Shown: positions 26,898-35,835 of the stretch, piece after piece | Position numbering within the stretch: the stretch's first letter is position 1 | How the letters are laid out: each line of letters opens with the position of its first letter | Assembly (NCBI RefSeq): GCF_965247185.1 | Contig: NZ_CBDFHA010000001.1 | Location: forward strand, 50,215 to 114,214 | Source: Deinococcus sp. | GTDB lineage: Bacteria > Deinococcota > Deinococci > Deinococcales > Deinococcaceae | Length of the DNA stretch: 64,000 bases | Direction of reading: 5' to 3' | Translations under genes and position numbers: made by a program | The notes under the pieces: model-generated | Seen by the model: only the letters and a program-made list of their open reading frames with translations | What the model was told of the DNA's origin: nothing | Databases searched by the model: none

Positions 26898-28801
26898 AGG
26901 CAGAGACGGCCCGCCTGACGGTGGCCCAGGCGCTGATTCACTTTCTGGCCGTGCAGCACAGCGAGCAGGACGGCCAGCGGCAGCGGCTGATTCCTGGCGT
27001 CTGGGGCATCTTCGGACACGGCAACGTGGCGGGGCTGGGCCAGGCACTCGAAGAGTACGGGGACGGTCTGAAGCTGCCCACCTACCGCCCGCAGAACGAG
27101 CAGGGCATGGTGCATGTGGCCGCCGCCTTCGCCCGTCACCGCAACCGCCTACAGACCTTCGCCTGCACCGCCAGCGTGGGGCCGGGCAGCACCAATATGC
27201 TGACCGGCGCGGCGCTGGCAACCATCAATCGGTTGCCGGTGCTGCTGCTGCCCAGCGATCATTTCGCCAGCCGCCTGCCCGACCCGGTCTTGCAGGGCCT
27301 GGAGCATCCGTCGGAACACGACCTCTCGGTGAACGACTGCTTCAGGCCGGTCAGCCGTTTCTATACCCGGATCTCCAGGCCGGAACAACTGCTCTCGGCG
27401 CTGCCCGAAGCGATGCGGGTGCTGACCGACCCGGCAGAGACCGGCGCGGTGGTGCTCAGCCTGCCGGAGGACGTGCAGGCCGAAGCGTACGACTGGCCCG
27501 CCGCCTTCTTGCAGCCGCGCGTCTGGCGCGTTCGCAGGCCCGCGCCGGAGACCGAGTTGATCGAGCAGGCGGCGGCGCTGATCCGGGCCGCCAAGCGCCC
27601 CTTGATCGTCTGCGGGGGCGGCGTCATCTACAGCGGGGCGCACGAAGCGCTGGCCGGGCTGGCGGCGGCCTTCGGGATTCCGGTGGTCGAGTCTCAGGCG
27701 GGCAAGGGAGCGCTGCCCTGGAACCATCCCATGAACGCCGGACCCGTCGGGTCGGCGGGCGGGCTGGCGGCCAACCGGCTGGCGAAGGGTGCCGATCTGG
27801 TGATCGCTGTGGGCACGCGCCTGGGCGACTTCGTGACGGCCAGCAGGACAGCCTTTCAGCACGAAGGCGTGCAGATCGTCGGACTGAATGTGGTGGCGAT
27901 GGACGCCGCCAAGCTCGGTGCCCTGAGCTTGGTGGCCGACGCCCGAGCGGGACTGGAGGCGCTGCAAGCCGCGCTGCAAGGTCACCGGGTCGACGAGGGC
28001 TACGCCGGGGAGGTGGCGGCGCTCAAGGGCCGTTGGGACGCGGCGGTCGACGATGCCCGGCGCGACACCGGCAGCACGCCGCCCTCGCAGGGGAGCGTGA
28101 TCGGGCGCGTCAATGACAGCGTCGGAGGCCGCGCCACCGTGATCTGCGCGGCGGGGAGCCTGCCCGGCGACCTGCTGCGGCTGTGGCGACCCCTAGACAG
28201 CAAGAGCTACCATGTCGAGTACGGGTATTCCTGTATGGGCTACGAGATTCCGGCGGGCTTGGGCGTGGCACTGGCCGAGCCGGGCCGCCGGGTGGTGGTG
28301 ATGATCGGCGACGGCTCGTACCTGATGATGAACAGCGAGCTGGTGACGGCGGTGGCCGAGAACCTCGACCTGACGGTGGTGCTGGTGGACAACCGCGCCT
28401 ACATGAGCATCCGGGGCCTACAGCTCGAGTGCGGCAGCCCCAGCTTCAACAACGAGCTGCGCCACCGCAACCCCCTGACTGGCCGCACCGACGGCGAGAC
28501 TGTGCAGCTCGATTTCGTGCAGCACGCGCAGGCACTGGGAGCGCAGGCGACGCGGGCCGACACGCTGGACGCCCTTGACGACGCCTTGGTTCGCGCCGCT
28601 CACGGCGGCGTGCACGTGATCGTGGTGCCGGTCAATCTGCGCGAACGGGTGCCCGGCTTCGAGAGCTGGTGGGACGTGCCGATTGCCGCCGTCTCGGGCC
28701 AGGCAGGAGTCAACGCTGCTCGGCGGCACTACGAGCAGCAGGTCGCCGGGCAGGTGAGGTACTTTACGCCGAGTGGACAACCCGCAAAGGAGACGCTATG
28801 A
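26894..28801 (+). CDS. iolD: 3D-(3,5/4)-trihydroxycyclohexane-1,2-dione acylhydrolase (TPP enzyme)
   Basis: 635-aa ThDP-dependent enzyme. It has the TPP-binding motif GDGSYLMMNSELVTAV...N, with the size and N-terminus (LTVAQALIHFL) typical of IolD. Confidence 0.85.
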   Translation: MKAETARLTVAQALIHFLAVQHSEQDGQRQRLIPGVWGIFGHGNVAGLGQALEEYGDGLKLPTYRPQNEQGMVHVAAAFARHRNRLQTFACTASVGPGSTNMLTGAALATINRLPVLLLPSDHFASRLPDPVLQGLEHPSEHDLSVNDCFRPVSRFYTRISRPEQLLSALPEAMRVLTDPAETGAVVLSLPEDVQAEAYDWPAAFLQPRVWRVRRPAPETELIEQAAALIRAAKRPLIVCGGGVIYSGAHEALAGLAAAFGIPVVESQAGKGALPWNHPMNAGPVGSAGGLAANRLAKGADLVIAVGTRLGDFVTASRTAFQHEGVQIVGLNVVAMDAAKLGALSLVADARAGLEALQAALQGHRVDEGYAGEVAALKGRWDAAVDDARRDTGSTPPSQGSVIGRVNDSVGGRATVICAAGSLPGDLLRLWRPLDSKSYHVEYGYSCMGYEIPAGLGVALAEPGRRVVVMIGDGSYLMMNSELVTAVAENLDLTVVLVDNRAYMSIRGLQLECGSPSFNNELRHRNPLTGRTDGETVQLDFVQHAQALGAQATRADTLDALDDALVRAAHGGVHVIVVPVNLRERVPGFESWWDVPIAAVSGQAGVNAARRHYEQQVAGQVRYFTPSGQPAKETL

Positions 28802-29739
28802 GCCTGCGCTTTGGCAATGCGCCCTGCTCCTGGGGCACCATCGAGGGCTTCGGCGAGGGGACGCCTGCCGCGCAGATGCTCGATGAACTGGTGCTGGCGG
28901 GCTACGCCGGCACCGAACTGGGCGACTACGGCTACCTGCCCACCGACCTCGCCGAACTGCGGGCCGCGTTGACTCAGCGCCACCTGACGATGCTCGGTGC
29001 CTACGAGGGCGTGTATCTGCGCGACCCCGCCGCCCACGCGCAGGGTGAAGCGCGGGTGCTGCGGCTGGCCCGGCAGCTCGCGGCGGTGGCCGACCTGGGC
29101 GACCCCGGCTGGCAGCCGCTGGTGGTGCTGGCCGACGAGCACAGCCGCGATCCGGCCCGTTCGCGGAATGCGGGCCGCATCACTCCCAGTCTGGCGCTGG
29201 ATTCCCAGAGCTGGACGCACTTCACGGCTGGGGCCCAGCGTATCGCCCGCGCCGTGCAGGCCGAAACGGGCCTGCGGACGGTCTTTCATCATCACTGCGG
29301 CGGCTACGTGGAAACACCGAGCGAGATCGCCACGTTTCTGGAGCGCACCGACCCGGCGCTGATCGGGCTGGTCTTCGACACCGGACACGCCCTGTACGGC
29401 AGCGGCGGCAGCGACCCACAGACGGTGCTGGACCTGCTGGAGCGGCACCGCGAGCGGGTCTGGTATCTGCATTTCAAGGACGTGAGCGCCGGGGTGGCCG
29501 CCGAGTCCAGGCGCGCCGGACGGAGCTACCAGGAGGCCGTGGGCGCAGGTGTGTTCTGTGAACTGGGCCGGGGCGCAGTGCCGTTCGGCGCGGTGCTTCA
29601 GGCCCTGACCGCCAGCGGCTACCACGGCTGGGTGACGGTGGAACAGGACGTGCTGCCGGGCATGGGCGAACCGCTGATGAGCGCGGTGGCCAACCGGGAG
29701 TACCTGCGGGCACTCGAACGGCAGGGCACACCGTCATGA
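28798..29739 (+). CDS. iolE: inosose dehydratase (xylose-isomerase-like TIM barrel)
   Basis: The start forms an ATGA overlap with the iolD stop. MSLRFGNAPCSWGTIEGF is the typical IolE N-terminus (NAP.SWG). Confidence 0.8.
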   Translation: MSLRFGNAPCSWGTIEGFGEGTPAAQMLDELVLAGYAGTELGDYGYLPTDLAELRAALTQRHLTMLGAYEGVYLRDPAAHAQGEARVLRLARQLAAVADLGDPGWQPLVVLADEHSRDPARSRNAGRITPSLALDSQSWTHFTAGAQRIARAVQAETGLRTVFHHHCGGYVETPSEIATFLERTDPALIGLVFDTGHALYGSGGSDPQTVLDLLERHRERVWYLHFKDVSAGVAAESRRAGRSYQEAVGAGVFCELGRGAVPFGAVLQALTASGYHGWVTVEQDVLPGMGEPLMSAVANREYLRALERQGTPS

Positions 29740-30788
29740 CCCCGGTGCCGGAGCTGTTCACCATCGGGCGCTGCTCGATTGACCTTTACAGCCAGGACAT
29801 CGGCGCGGCCTTCGCGGATGTCCGAACCTTCGGGGCGTACCTGGGCGGCAGTCCGCTGAACATCGCGGTGGGCGCAGCTCGGCTGGGCGTGCCCTCGGCG
29901 CTGCTGACGGCAGTGGGCCAGGATCAGGTGGGCGACTTCGTGCTGGCGGGCCTGAAGCGCGAGGGTGTCGAGACGCGCTACATTCCGCGCAAAGCCGGAA
30001 CGCGCACGCCCGCCGTGCTGCTGGCCGTCCAGCCGCCCGACCGCTTTCCCATCACCTTCTACCGCGACAACGCCTCGGACGTGCAGCTCGGCATCCAGGA
30101 TGTGCGGGCCGCGCCCATCGAGCGGGCGCGCGCCCTGGTGGTCAACGGCAGCTCCCTGGCGCGCGATCCCAGCCGCTCGGCCACCCTGGCTGCCGCCCAG
30201 AGGGCACACGGCGCGGGCGTGACGGTCTACCTGGACCTCGACTTCCGCGCCGATCAGTGGGCCGATCCGCTGGCCTTCGGGCTGAACATCAGGGCGCTGC
30301 TGCGCGATGTGGACGTGATCCTGGGCACCGAAGAAGAGATCAACGCGGCGCTGCTGCACGATCCGGCCCAGGTGGTGATCCGGCACGGTATGGTCACGGC
30401 CCCGGAGATCGCAGGAGACCTGGAGGCCAATACCGCCGCGCTGCTCTCGGAGGTGCCGGTCGTGATCCGCAAGGAGGGAGCGCGCGGCTGCACGGTCTTC
30501 GAGCGGGGTCGTCCGCCGCTTTCGGTGCCGGGGGTGCCGACCCGGGTGGTCAGCGTGCTGGGCGCGGGCGACGCCTTTGCGGGCGGGCTGATCGCCGGAC
30601 GACTGCGCGGCCAGACCTGGCAGGCCGCCGCCCGGCTGGGCAATGCCTGCGGCTCGGTGGTGGTGGGCCAGATCGGCTGCTCGCACTTCGCCCCCACCTG
30701 GGAGGAGGCGCAGGCGCTGCTGGCGGGTCAGCCCCAACCGCCCCAGCAGCCGCAGGAAGACAGCCAGCCGCCGGAGGAGCGGGCGTGA
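29736..30788 (+). CDS. iolC: 5-dehydro-2-deoxygluconokinase (PfkB family)
   Basis: PfkB signature GAGDAFAGGLI near the C-terminus, in the operon context between iolE and the aldolase. Confidence 0.8.
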   Translation: MTPVPELFTIGRCSIDLYSQDIGAAFADVRTFGAYLGGSPLNIAVGAARLGVPSALLTAVGQDQVGDFVLAGLKREGVETRYIPRKAGTRTPAVLLAVQPPDRFPITFYRDNASDVQLGIQDVRAAPIERARALVVNGSSLARDPSRSATLAAAQRAHGAGVTVYLDLDFRADQWADPLAFGLNIRALLRDVDVILGTEEEINAALLHDPAQVVIRHGMVTAPEIAGDLEANTAALLSEVPVVIRKEGARGCTVFERGRPPLSVPGVPTRVVSVLGAGDAFAGGLIAGRLRGQTWQAAARLGNACGSVVVGQIGCSHFAPTWEEAQALLAGQPQPPQQPQEDSQPPEERA

Positions 30789-31693
30789 CCTTCTTTCCCG
30801 ACGCCCGGCCCTTGATCCGGGCGGCCTACGCCGGCGGCTCTGCCCTGCCCGCCTTCAATGTCTGCTCGTTGGAGATGGCGCTGGGCTGCGTGCAGGCCGC
30901 CGAGACGGCTCAGCGCCCCGTGCTGTTGCAGACCTATCCCGCCGACATCGAGCAGGCCAGCCCGCAGGTATTTGCCCAGATGGTGCGCGCCCTGGCCGAC
31001 GAGGTGAGCGTGCCGGTGGCGCTGCATCTCGATCATGGCCGCGACCTCCGGCAGGTGATCGCCTGCCTGCGGGCCGGCTACAGCAGCGTGATGTTCGACG
31101 GCCAGGGCCTGCCCTTCGCGCAGACGCTCCAGATGACCGCCAGGCTGGCCGAGGTGGCCCACGCCAGCGGGGCCGCGCTGGAGGTCAGCGCCGAGAGCTT
31201 CGGGGTGCCGGGAGCCACAGGCAACCCGGCTGAAAGCACCGATCCCGCGCAGGCCGCGCAGCTCCATGCGGCGGGGGCCGATCTGGTGGCCTGCGCGGTG
31301 GGCAGCGAACACGCCGCGTCCAGCCGCCTCGATCTGTCGCTGCTGGCCCGCATCGCCGCTCAGGTGCAGGGGCCGCTGGTGCTGCACGGCGGCAGCGGCA
31401 TCCACCCGGACGACCTGCGGCGGGCGCTGCCCTACGGCGTGGTCAAGGTCAATGTCGGCAGCGCCCTGTACCGCGCCGTGCGGCAGGGCTGGTCGGCGTG
31501 TGCCGCGCTGCCCAACCCGATCCAGTCCAACCCTGTTCAGTCCAGTGCCATTCAGACCAGCCACCGCGCCGGCTACGCCCATCTCCGCGCCGCCGTGCGC
31601 GAGGTGGCGGGCGCGTACTTTCAGCGCCTGACGCCCGCCGCCACTGATCCGCTTTCTGTCCCGCCCCTTCCCACCCCAGAGGTCACGCCATGA
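30785..31693 (+). CDS. iolJ: class II aldolase family, 6-phospho-5-dehydro-2-deoxy-D-gluconate aldolase-like
   Basis: The GTG start at 30785 forms a GTGA overlap with the iolC stop. PAFNVCSLEM, VALHLDHG and LVLHGGSG are class II FBP-aldolase family motifs. The 478-aa track ORF from 30257 is an out-of-context extension overlapping iolC. Confidence 0.7.
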   Translation: MTFFPDARPLIRAAYAGGSALPAFNVCSLEMALGCVQAAETAQRPVLLQTYPADIEQASPQVFAQMVRALADEVSVPVALHLDHGRDLRQVIACLRAGYSSVMFDGQGLPFAQTLQMTARLAEVAHASGAALEVSAESFGVPGATGNPAESTDPAQAAQLHAAGADLVACAVGSEHAASSRLDLSLLARIAAQVQGPLVLHGGSGIHPDDLRRALPYGVVKVNVGSALYRAVRQGWSACAALPNPIQSNPVQSSAIQTSHRAGYAHLRAAVREVAGAYFQRLTPAATDPLSVPPLPTPEVTP

Positions 31694-32730
31694 CGAAGAC
31701 GCCGTCTCTCCCTATCCGCTTCGCCATTCTCGGTGCAGGCCGCATGGGGGCCGAACATGGGCTGGCCCTGGTCAGTCTGCCGGACGTGCAGGTGGTGGCG
31801 GTGGCCGACCCCATCGAGGACGCCGCCCTCAGGCTGGCTCAGCTTACGCGCGCGGCCCGCACCTATGCCGATCCGCACGACGCCATTCACGATCCGCAGG
31901 TGCAGGCGGTCATCATCGTGACGCCGACCGGCACCCACGCGGCGCTGATCGAGGCCGCCGCCAACGCCGGAAAGGCCATCTTCTGCGAGAAGCCGGTCGC
32001 CACCGACCTGGCCGAGACCGAGCGCGTCATGAAGATCGTGCAGGAACGCGGCGTGCCGTTTCAGATCGGCTTCAACCGCCGCTACGACGCGGCCTACCTT
32101 CAGGCCAAGGAGCGCATTCTGGCCGGAGAGGTCGGGCAGATCGAGCAGTTCAGCGCCACCGGGCGCGACCCTGCGCCGCCGCCGCTGGAGTACCTGAAAG
32201 GATCGGGCGGGGTCTTTCTGGATCAGTCGATTCACGACCTTGACGCCGCCCGCTTTCTGGTGGGCGAGGTCAGGGAGGTGATCGCCGTGGGCACGGTGAA
32301 GGTGGACAGAGCCATCGGCGAGATCGGGGACGTCGATACCACCAGCGTGATCCTGATGTTCGAGAACGGCGCTCAGGGCGTGGTGCAGAACTCGCGGCGG
32401 GCGGTCTACGGCTACGACGTGCGCACCGAGGTGTTCGGGTCGGGCGGCAAGCTGGTGATGGACGCCACGCCCAGGACGGCGCTGATGCGCTACGGCGAGA
32501 ACGTGTCCATGGACCACTTCTACTTCTTCATGGACCGCTTCAAGGACGCCTACCGCGCCGAGATCGCCGCCTTTGTGCGGGCGCTCAGCGAAGGCCGCCC
32601 ACCGACGCCCGGCCCCCACGACGCGCTGGAATCGTTGCGGCTGGCGCTGGCCTGCACCCGCAGCCTGAAGGAGGGCCGCGCGGTACGGGTGCAGGACGTG
32701 CAGGTCGAGCCGCAGGGAGTCGGCGGGTGA
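31690..32730 (+). CDS. second Gfo/Idh/MocA oxidoreductase (inositol dehydrogenase paralog)
   Basis: FAILGAGRMGAEHG Rossmann segment and FCEKPVA motif. The overall pattern parallels the gene at 25839-26897. Confidence 0.75.
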   Translation: MTKTPSLPIRFAILGAGRMGAEHGLALVSLPDVQVVAVADPIEDAALRLAQLTRAARTYADPHDAIHDPQVQAVIIVTPTGTHAALIEAAANAGKAIFCEKPVATDLAETERVMKIVQERGVPFQIGFNRRYDAAYLQAKERILAGEVGQIEQFSATGRDPAPPPLEYLKGSGGVFLDQSIHDLDAARFLVGEVREVIAVGTVKVDRAIGEIGDVDTTSVILMFENGAQGVVQNSRRAVYGYDVRTEVFGSGGKLVMDATPRTALMRYGENVSMDHFYFFMDRFKDAYRAEIAAFVRALSEGRPPTPGPHDALESLRLALACTRSLKEGRAVRVQDVQVEPQGVGG

Positions 32731-33563
32731 CGCCGTTCAGCACCCACCGGAAACCAGGTCAGGACGGCAGCGTGAAGATCACCCCGGCCAGCGCCGGCTG
32801 GACGTACCTGTGGTTCGGGGCGATGACGCTGAACGACGCCAGCTACGCGGGTGACAGCGGCGAAAATGAGCTGGCGCTGGTGCCGCAGCAAGGCCGCCTG
32901 AGCGTCCACCTGAACGGCGAAACGCATGACCTTTCGAGGCGGGGCGTCTTCGAGGAGCTGCCGACGGTGATGTATCTGCCGCCTCATACCTCCTACACCG
33001 TGAGCGGAAGCGGCACCTTCGCGCAGGGGGGCGCGCCCGCCAGCGGGAAGTACCCGGCGCGCATCATCCGGCCAGGGGCCATCCGGGTGGAACTGCGCGG
33101 CGGCGCGAACGCCTCACGGCAGGTCAGCCATCTGCTCGGCCCCGATCAGCTCGCCGAACGTCTGCTGGTCTACGAGGTCTATACGCCCAGCGGCCACTGG
33201 AGCGGCTGGCCTCCGCACCGGCACGACGGCCAGCTCGGCAGCCTGTACATCGAGGAGACGTACCATTACCGCATTCAGCCTCCCAGCGGCTGGGCCATTC
33301 ACCGCAACTACAGCCCGGAAGACGGCTACGACGAGGCGCTGATCGCCCGCGACGGCGACCTGATTCTCAGCCCGCGCGGCTATCATCCCGTGGCGGCGGC
33401 CCCTGGCAGCAACGTGTATTACCTGAACTTCATGGCCGGGGAAGCGGTGGCGCAGGCCAGAAGCACCCCGCCCACCGACGAGCCGGAGTGGGCCTGGATG
33501 CGCCAGGACTGGGGCGGGCGGGCACTGGCGCTGCCCATCGGCGGCACGACCGCGGAAGACTAG
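32727..33563 (+). CDS. iolB: 5-deoxy-glucuronate isomerase (KduI/IolB family)
   Basis: 278-aa cupin. WSGWPPHRHD ... EETYHY ... GYHPVAAAPGSNVYYLNFMAG matches the IolB pattern. Confidence 0.8.
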   Translation: MTPFSTHRKPGQDGSVKITPASAGWTYLWFGAMTLNDASYAGDSGENELALVPQQGRLSVHLNGETHDLSRRGVFEELPTVMYLPPHTSYTVSGSGTFAQGGAPASGKYPARIIRPGAIRVELRGGANASRQVSHLLGPDQLAERLLVYEVYTPSGHWSGWPPHRHDGQLGSLYIEETYHYRIQPPSGWAIHRNYSPEDGYDEALIARDGDLILSPRGYHPVAAAPGSNVYYLNFMAGEAVAQARSTPPTDEPEWAWMRQDWGGRALALPIGGTTAED

Positions 33564-33634
33564 CGGTTCGGATTCATGTCATGGCAGCAAGCGTCGTGAA
33601 CAGGGGTCCGGTGGCATCAGGAAGGGAACTCGCT

Positions 33635-33676
33635 TCTTCTTGGCGAGGACAGCGCCCATGAGGACGCTTGACCGCC
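33635..33676 (+). repeat. dispersed ~42-nt repeat family, copy
   Basis: tcttcttggcgaggacagcgcccatgaggacgcttgaccgcc. By hand alignment, 38/42 positions are identical to 62489-62530, including a 22-nt exact run. It lies in the intergenic space between convergent iolB and the histidine kinase gene. Confidence 0.8.
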
Positions 33677-33754
33677 CCCCGCAAGCCACGCCTCCGGTTG
33701 TGCCCGAGCCGAGGGAGGACACACGAACAAACTTCTAGACGCTTTCCCGGACGG

Positions 33755-35503
33755 TCACTCGCCTTTGGGCAGAGAAAAGCGCAGGGTGCTGCCTTCGTCG
33801 AGTCTGCCTTCCGCCCAGACTTCGCCGCCATGTCGCTCGATGATGCGCCGCACGTTGGCCAGGCCCACGCCATTTCCCTCGAACTCCGTCTCGCGGTGGA
33901 GTCGCTGAAACATGCCGAAGAGTCGGTGCGTATAGCGCGGATCAAAGCCTACGCCATTGTCCCGCACATGCACCAGCCAGGCCCTGGGGAGTTCCTCGGC
34001 CCACAGTTCGATACGGGCCGGCTGGCGGGGGCGGCTGTATTTCAGGGCGTTTCCAAGCAGGTTCGTCAGCACCAGGCGAAGCAGGGTGGCGTCCCCCGGC
34101 ACAGTCGGCAACTCCCCGACGATCCACTGCACCTCGCGTCCGGCGATGTCCTGAGCCAGGTCAGCCCGAACGGCCCCGACCAACCTGGAGAGATCCACGG
34201 GTTGACGATCCAGCGGCTGCTGCGCGGTTCTGGAAAAGGCCAGCAACACGTCGATCATGCCGTTCATACGCAGCGCCGACGACTTGACCACCCCCAGGTG
34301 CCGCTGGGCGCGCTCGTCCAGCCGCTGCTCCAGCTCCTTTCCCAGCAATTCGGTGAAGCCCAGGATATGCCGCACCGGGGTTCTCAGGTCGTGCGAGATC
34401 GACAGGGCGAAGGCGTCGAGTTGCTCGTTGGCCGCTTCCAGTTTGCGGCGTTCCGTGGCAACCTGCTCCAGGGTGTCCGCACGTTCCAGTGCCAGCGTCA
34501 GGTTGAAGACGGACGTTTCCAGCAGCGCCCGGTCTATCACAGACCAGCGCCGCTGCTCAAACAGTCCCACACAGAACACCCCGGCGGGTTGTCCGTGGAC
34601 CAGCACCGGCAGGGACGCGGCGGCTTTGACGTGCCGGATGGTCTCAGCCGGGGTGTCCGCTCCCTGGTCATACTGCTCCTGATAGAACGGCTCCAGGCTG
34701 ACGAAGGGCTGCCGCAGGCTCTGGGACTCATAGGGAAGGCCCTGATCGACCACCGCCTGGAGTTCTTCGTTGCCCAGATCGCCCACCTGCGACGTCAGCC
34801 GCCAGCGTCCGGCGTCGAGTTCGAAGTAGGCCGCGTATCCGGGCGGCAGCAGCCGCAGGACGATCTTCTGGGCCGAGCGCACCAGCGTCGGTCGGTCGGT
34901 TTCCATGGTCAGGTCGCGGGTGAGCTGGGCAAAGGCTTCCAGCGCCCGGTTGCGAATCTCGACCTCCGCAGAGCGCAACTGCAAGGCCTCGGCTGCGACC
35001 TTGAGCCGCTGCTCGGCCAGTACCTGCGCCGTCGTTTCCGTCACCGTTACCAGGATGCCGCCCACCTCGCCGTCGTCCCGCACCGGGCTGTAGCAGAGGG
35101 TGAAATAGGCCTGTTCCAGGACGCCGTCGCGGGTGATGGGATAGAGCTGGTTCTCGAAGTAGTAGGTTTCGCCGCGCCGCGTTCCGGCATACAGCGGCTC
35201 GTTGATATGCCAGACCTCGGGCCAGACTTCCCGGGTGGGTCGGCCCACGGCCTCGGGATGCCTGGCCCCCAGAATCACCGCGTAGCCGTCATTGTAGAGC
35301 TGGATCAGCTCCTCGCCCCACAGCACGATCATCGGAAAGGCGCTGGACAGCACCAGCTCCACCACCGTACACAAACTCCTCGGCCACGTTTTCACCGGGC
35401 CGAGCGGCGTCGAGGCCCAGTCGATAGACCGCAGGAGCCGCGCCGCCTCACTCGGGCCGGAAAAGGGGGCAGAGTGGGCGAACGGATCGGAAGCGGCGGT
35501 CAT
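33755..35503 (-). CDS. cytoplasmic sensor histidine kinase (PAS - GAF - HisKA - HATPase_c)
   Basis: SIDWASTPLGPVKTWPRSL (PAS_4-type N-terminus), a GAF-like middle region, the H-box ISHDLRTPVRHILGF, N/G boxes NLLGNALKY and GNGVGLANV, and no TM segment. The start is uncertain: ATG at 35503, ATG at 35599, or TTG at 35611. Confidence 0.8.
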   Translation of the reverse strand: MTAASDPFAHSAPFSGPSEAARLLRSIDWASTPLGPVKTWPRSLCTVVELVLSSAFPMIVLWGEELIQLYNDGYAVILGARHPEAVGRPTREVWPEVWHINEPLYAGTRRGETYYFENQLYPITRDGVLEQAYFTLCYSPVRDDGEVGGILVTVTETTAQVLAEQRLKVAAEALQLRSAEVEIRNRALEAFAQLTRDLTMETDRPTLVRSAQKIVLRLLPPGYAAYFELDAGRWRLTSQVGDLGNEELQAVVDQGLPYESQSLRQPFVSLEPFYQEQYDQGADTPAETIRHVKAAASLPVLVHGQPAGVFCVGLFEQRRWSVIDRALLETSVFNLTLALERADTLEQVATERRKLEAANEQLDAFALSISHDLRTPVRHILGFTELLGKELEQRLDERAQRHLGVVKSSALRMNGMIDVLLAFSRTAQQPLDRQPVDLSRLVGAVRADLAQDIAGREVQWIVGELPTVPGDATLLRLVLTNLLGNALKYSRPRQPARIELWAEELPRAWLVHVRDNGVGFDPRYTHRLFGMFQRLHRETEFEGNGVGLANVRRIIERHGGEVWAEGRLDEGSTLRFSLPKGE

Positions 35504-35835
35504 AGCAGTCACCCTAAGATAAGGGCTGGGATTATTAGACAGCACCCCGCTGGCCTTGGGGATGGGTTCAGACTGGCGAGCGGTCCTGGGATGTTCCATA
35601 CAGCGCGGCAATTCGCCACCGTCAATGAAGTCGGCGACCCGGTTTTAAGATTGCTCTAGCCTCACTGAGGGATAGGGCAGGCGACTTTATGTCTGCCCTC
35701 CCGAGAGTTCCTTCGCCCCATTCATATGGTTACTCAGGGGCGTCACCGACTCTTACCTTATAAAGCAATCAATCAGTGCGGTGGCTTGGTTGGCTCGGTG
35801 CTGCTTGACAGACCCTGCTGGAACGGTGCCGCGTG

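Noticed and set aside
30257-30784. N-terminal 176-aa extension of the aldolase ORF given in the ORF track. The same issue applies to the extensions at 24382-24846, 18332-19636 (upper part), 28669-28797, 22652-22732, 23732-23806 and 21538-21618.
   Set aside because: The extensions overlap the preceding well-supported genes in another frame and are Arg/Gly/Pro-rich. Internal starts with an RBS or 4-nt stop/start overlaps give proteins with normal family N-termini.
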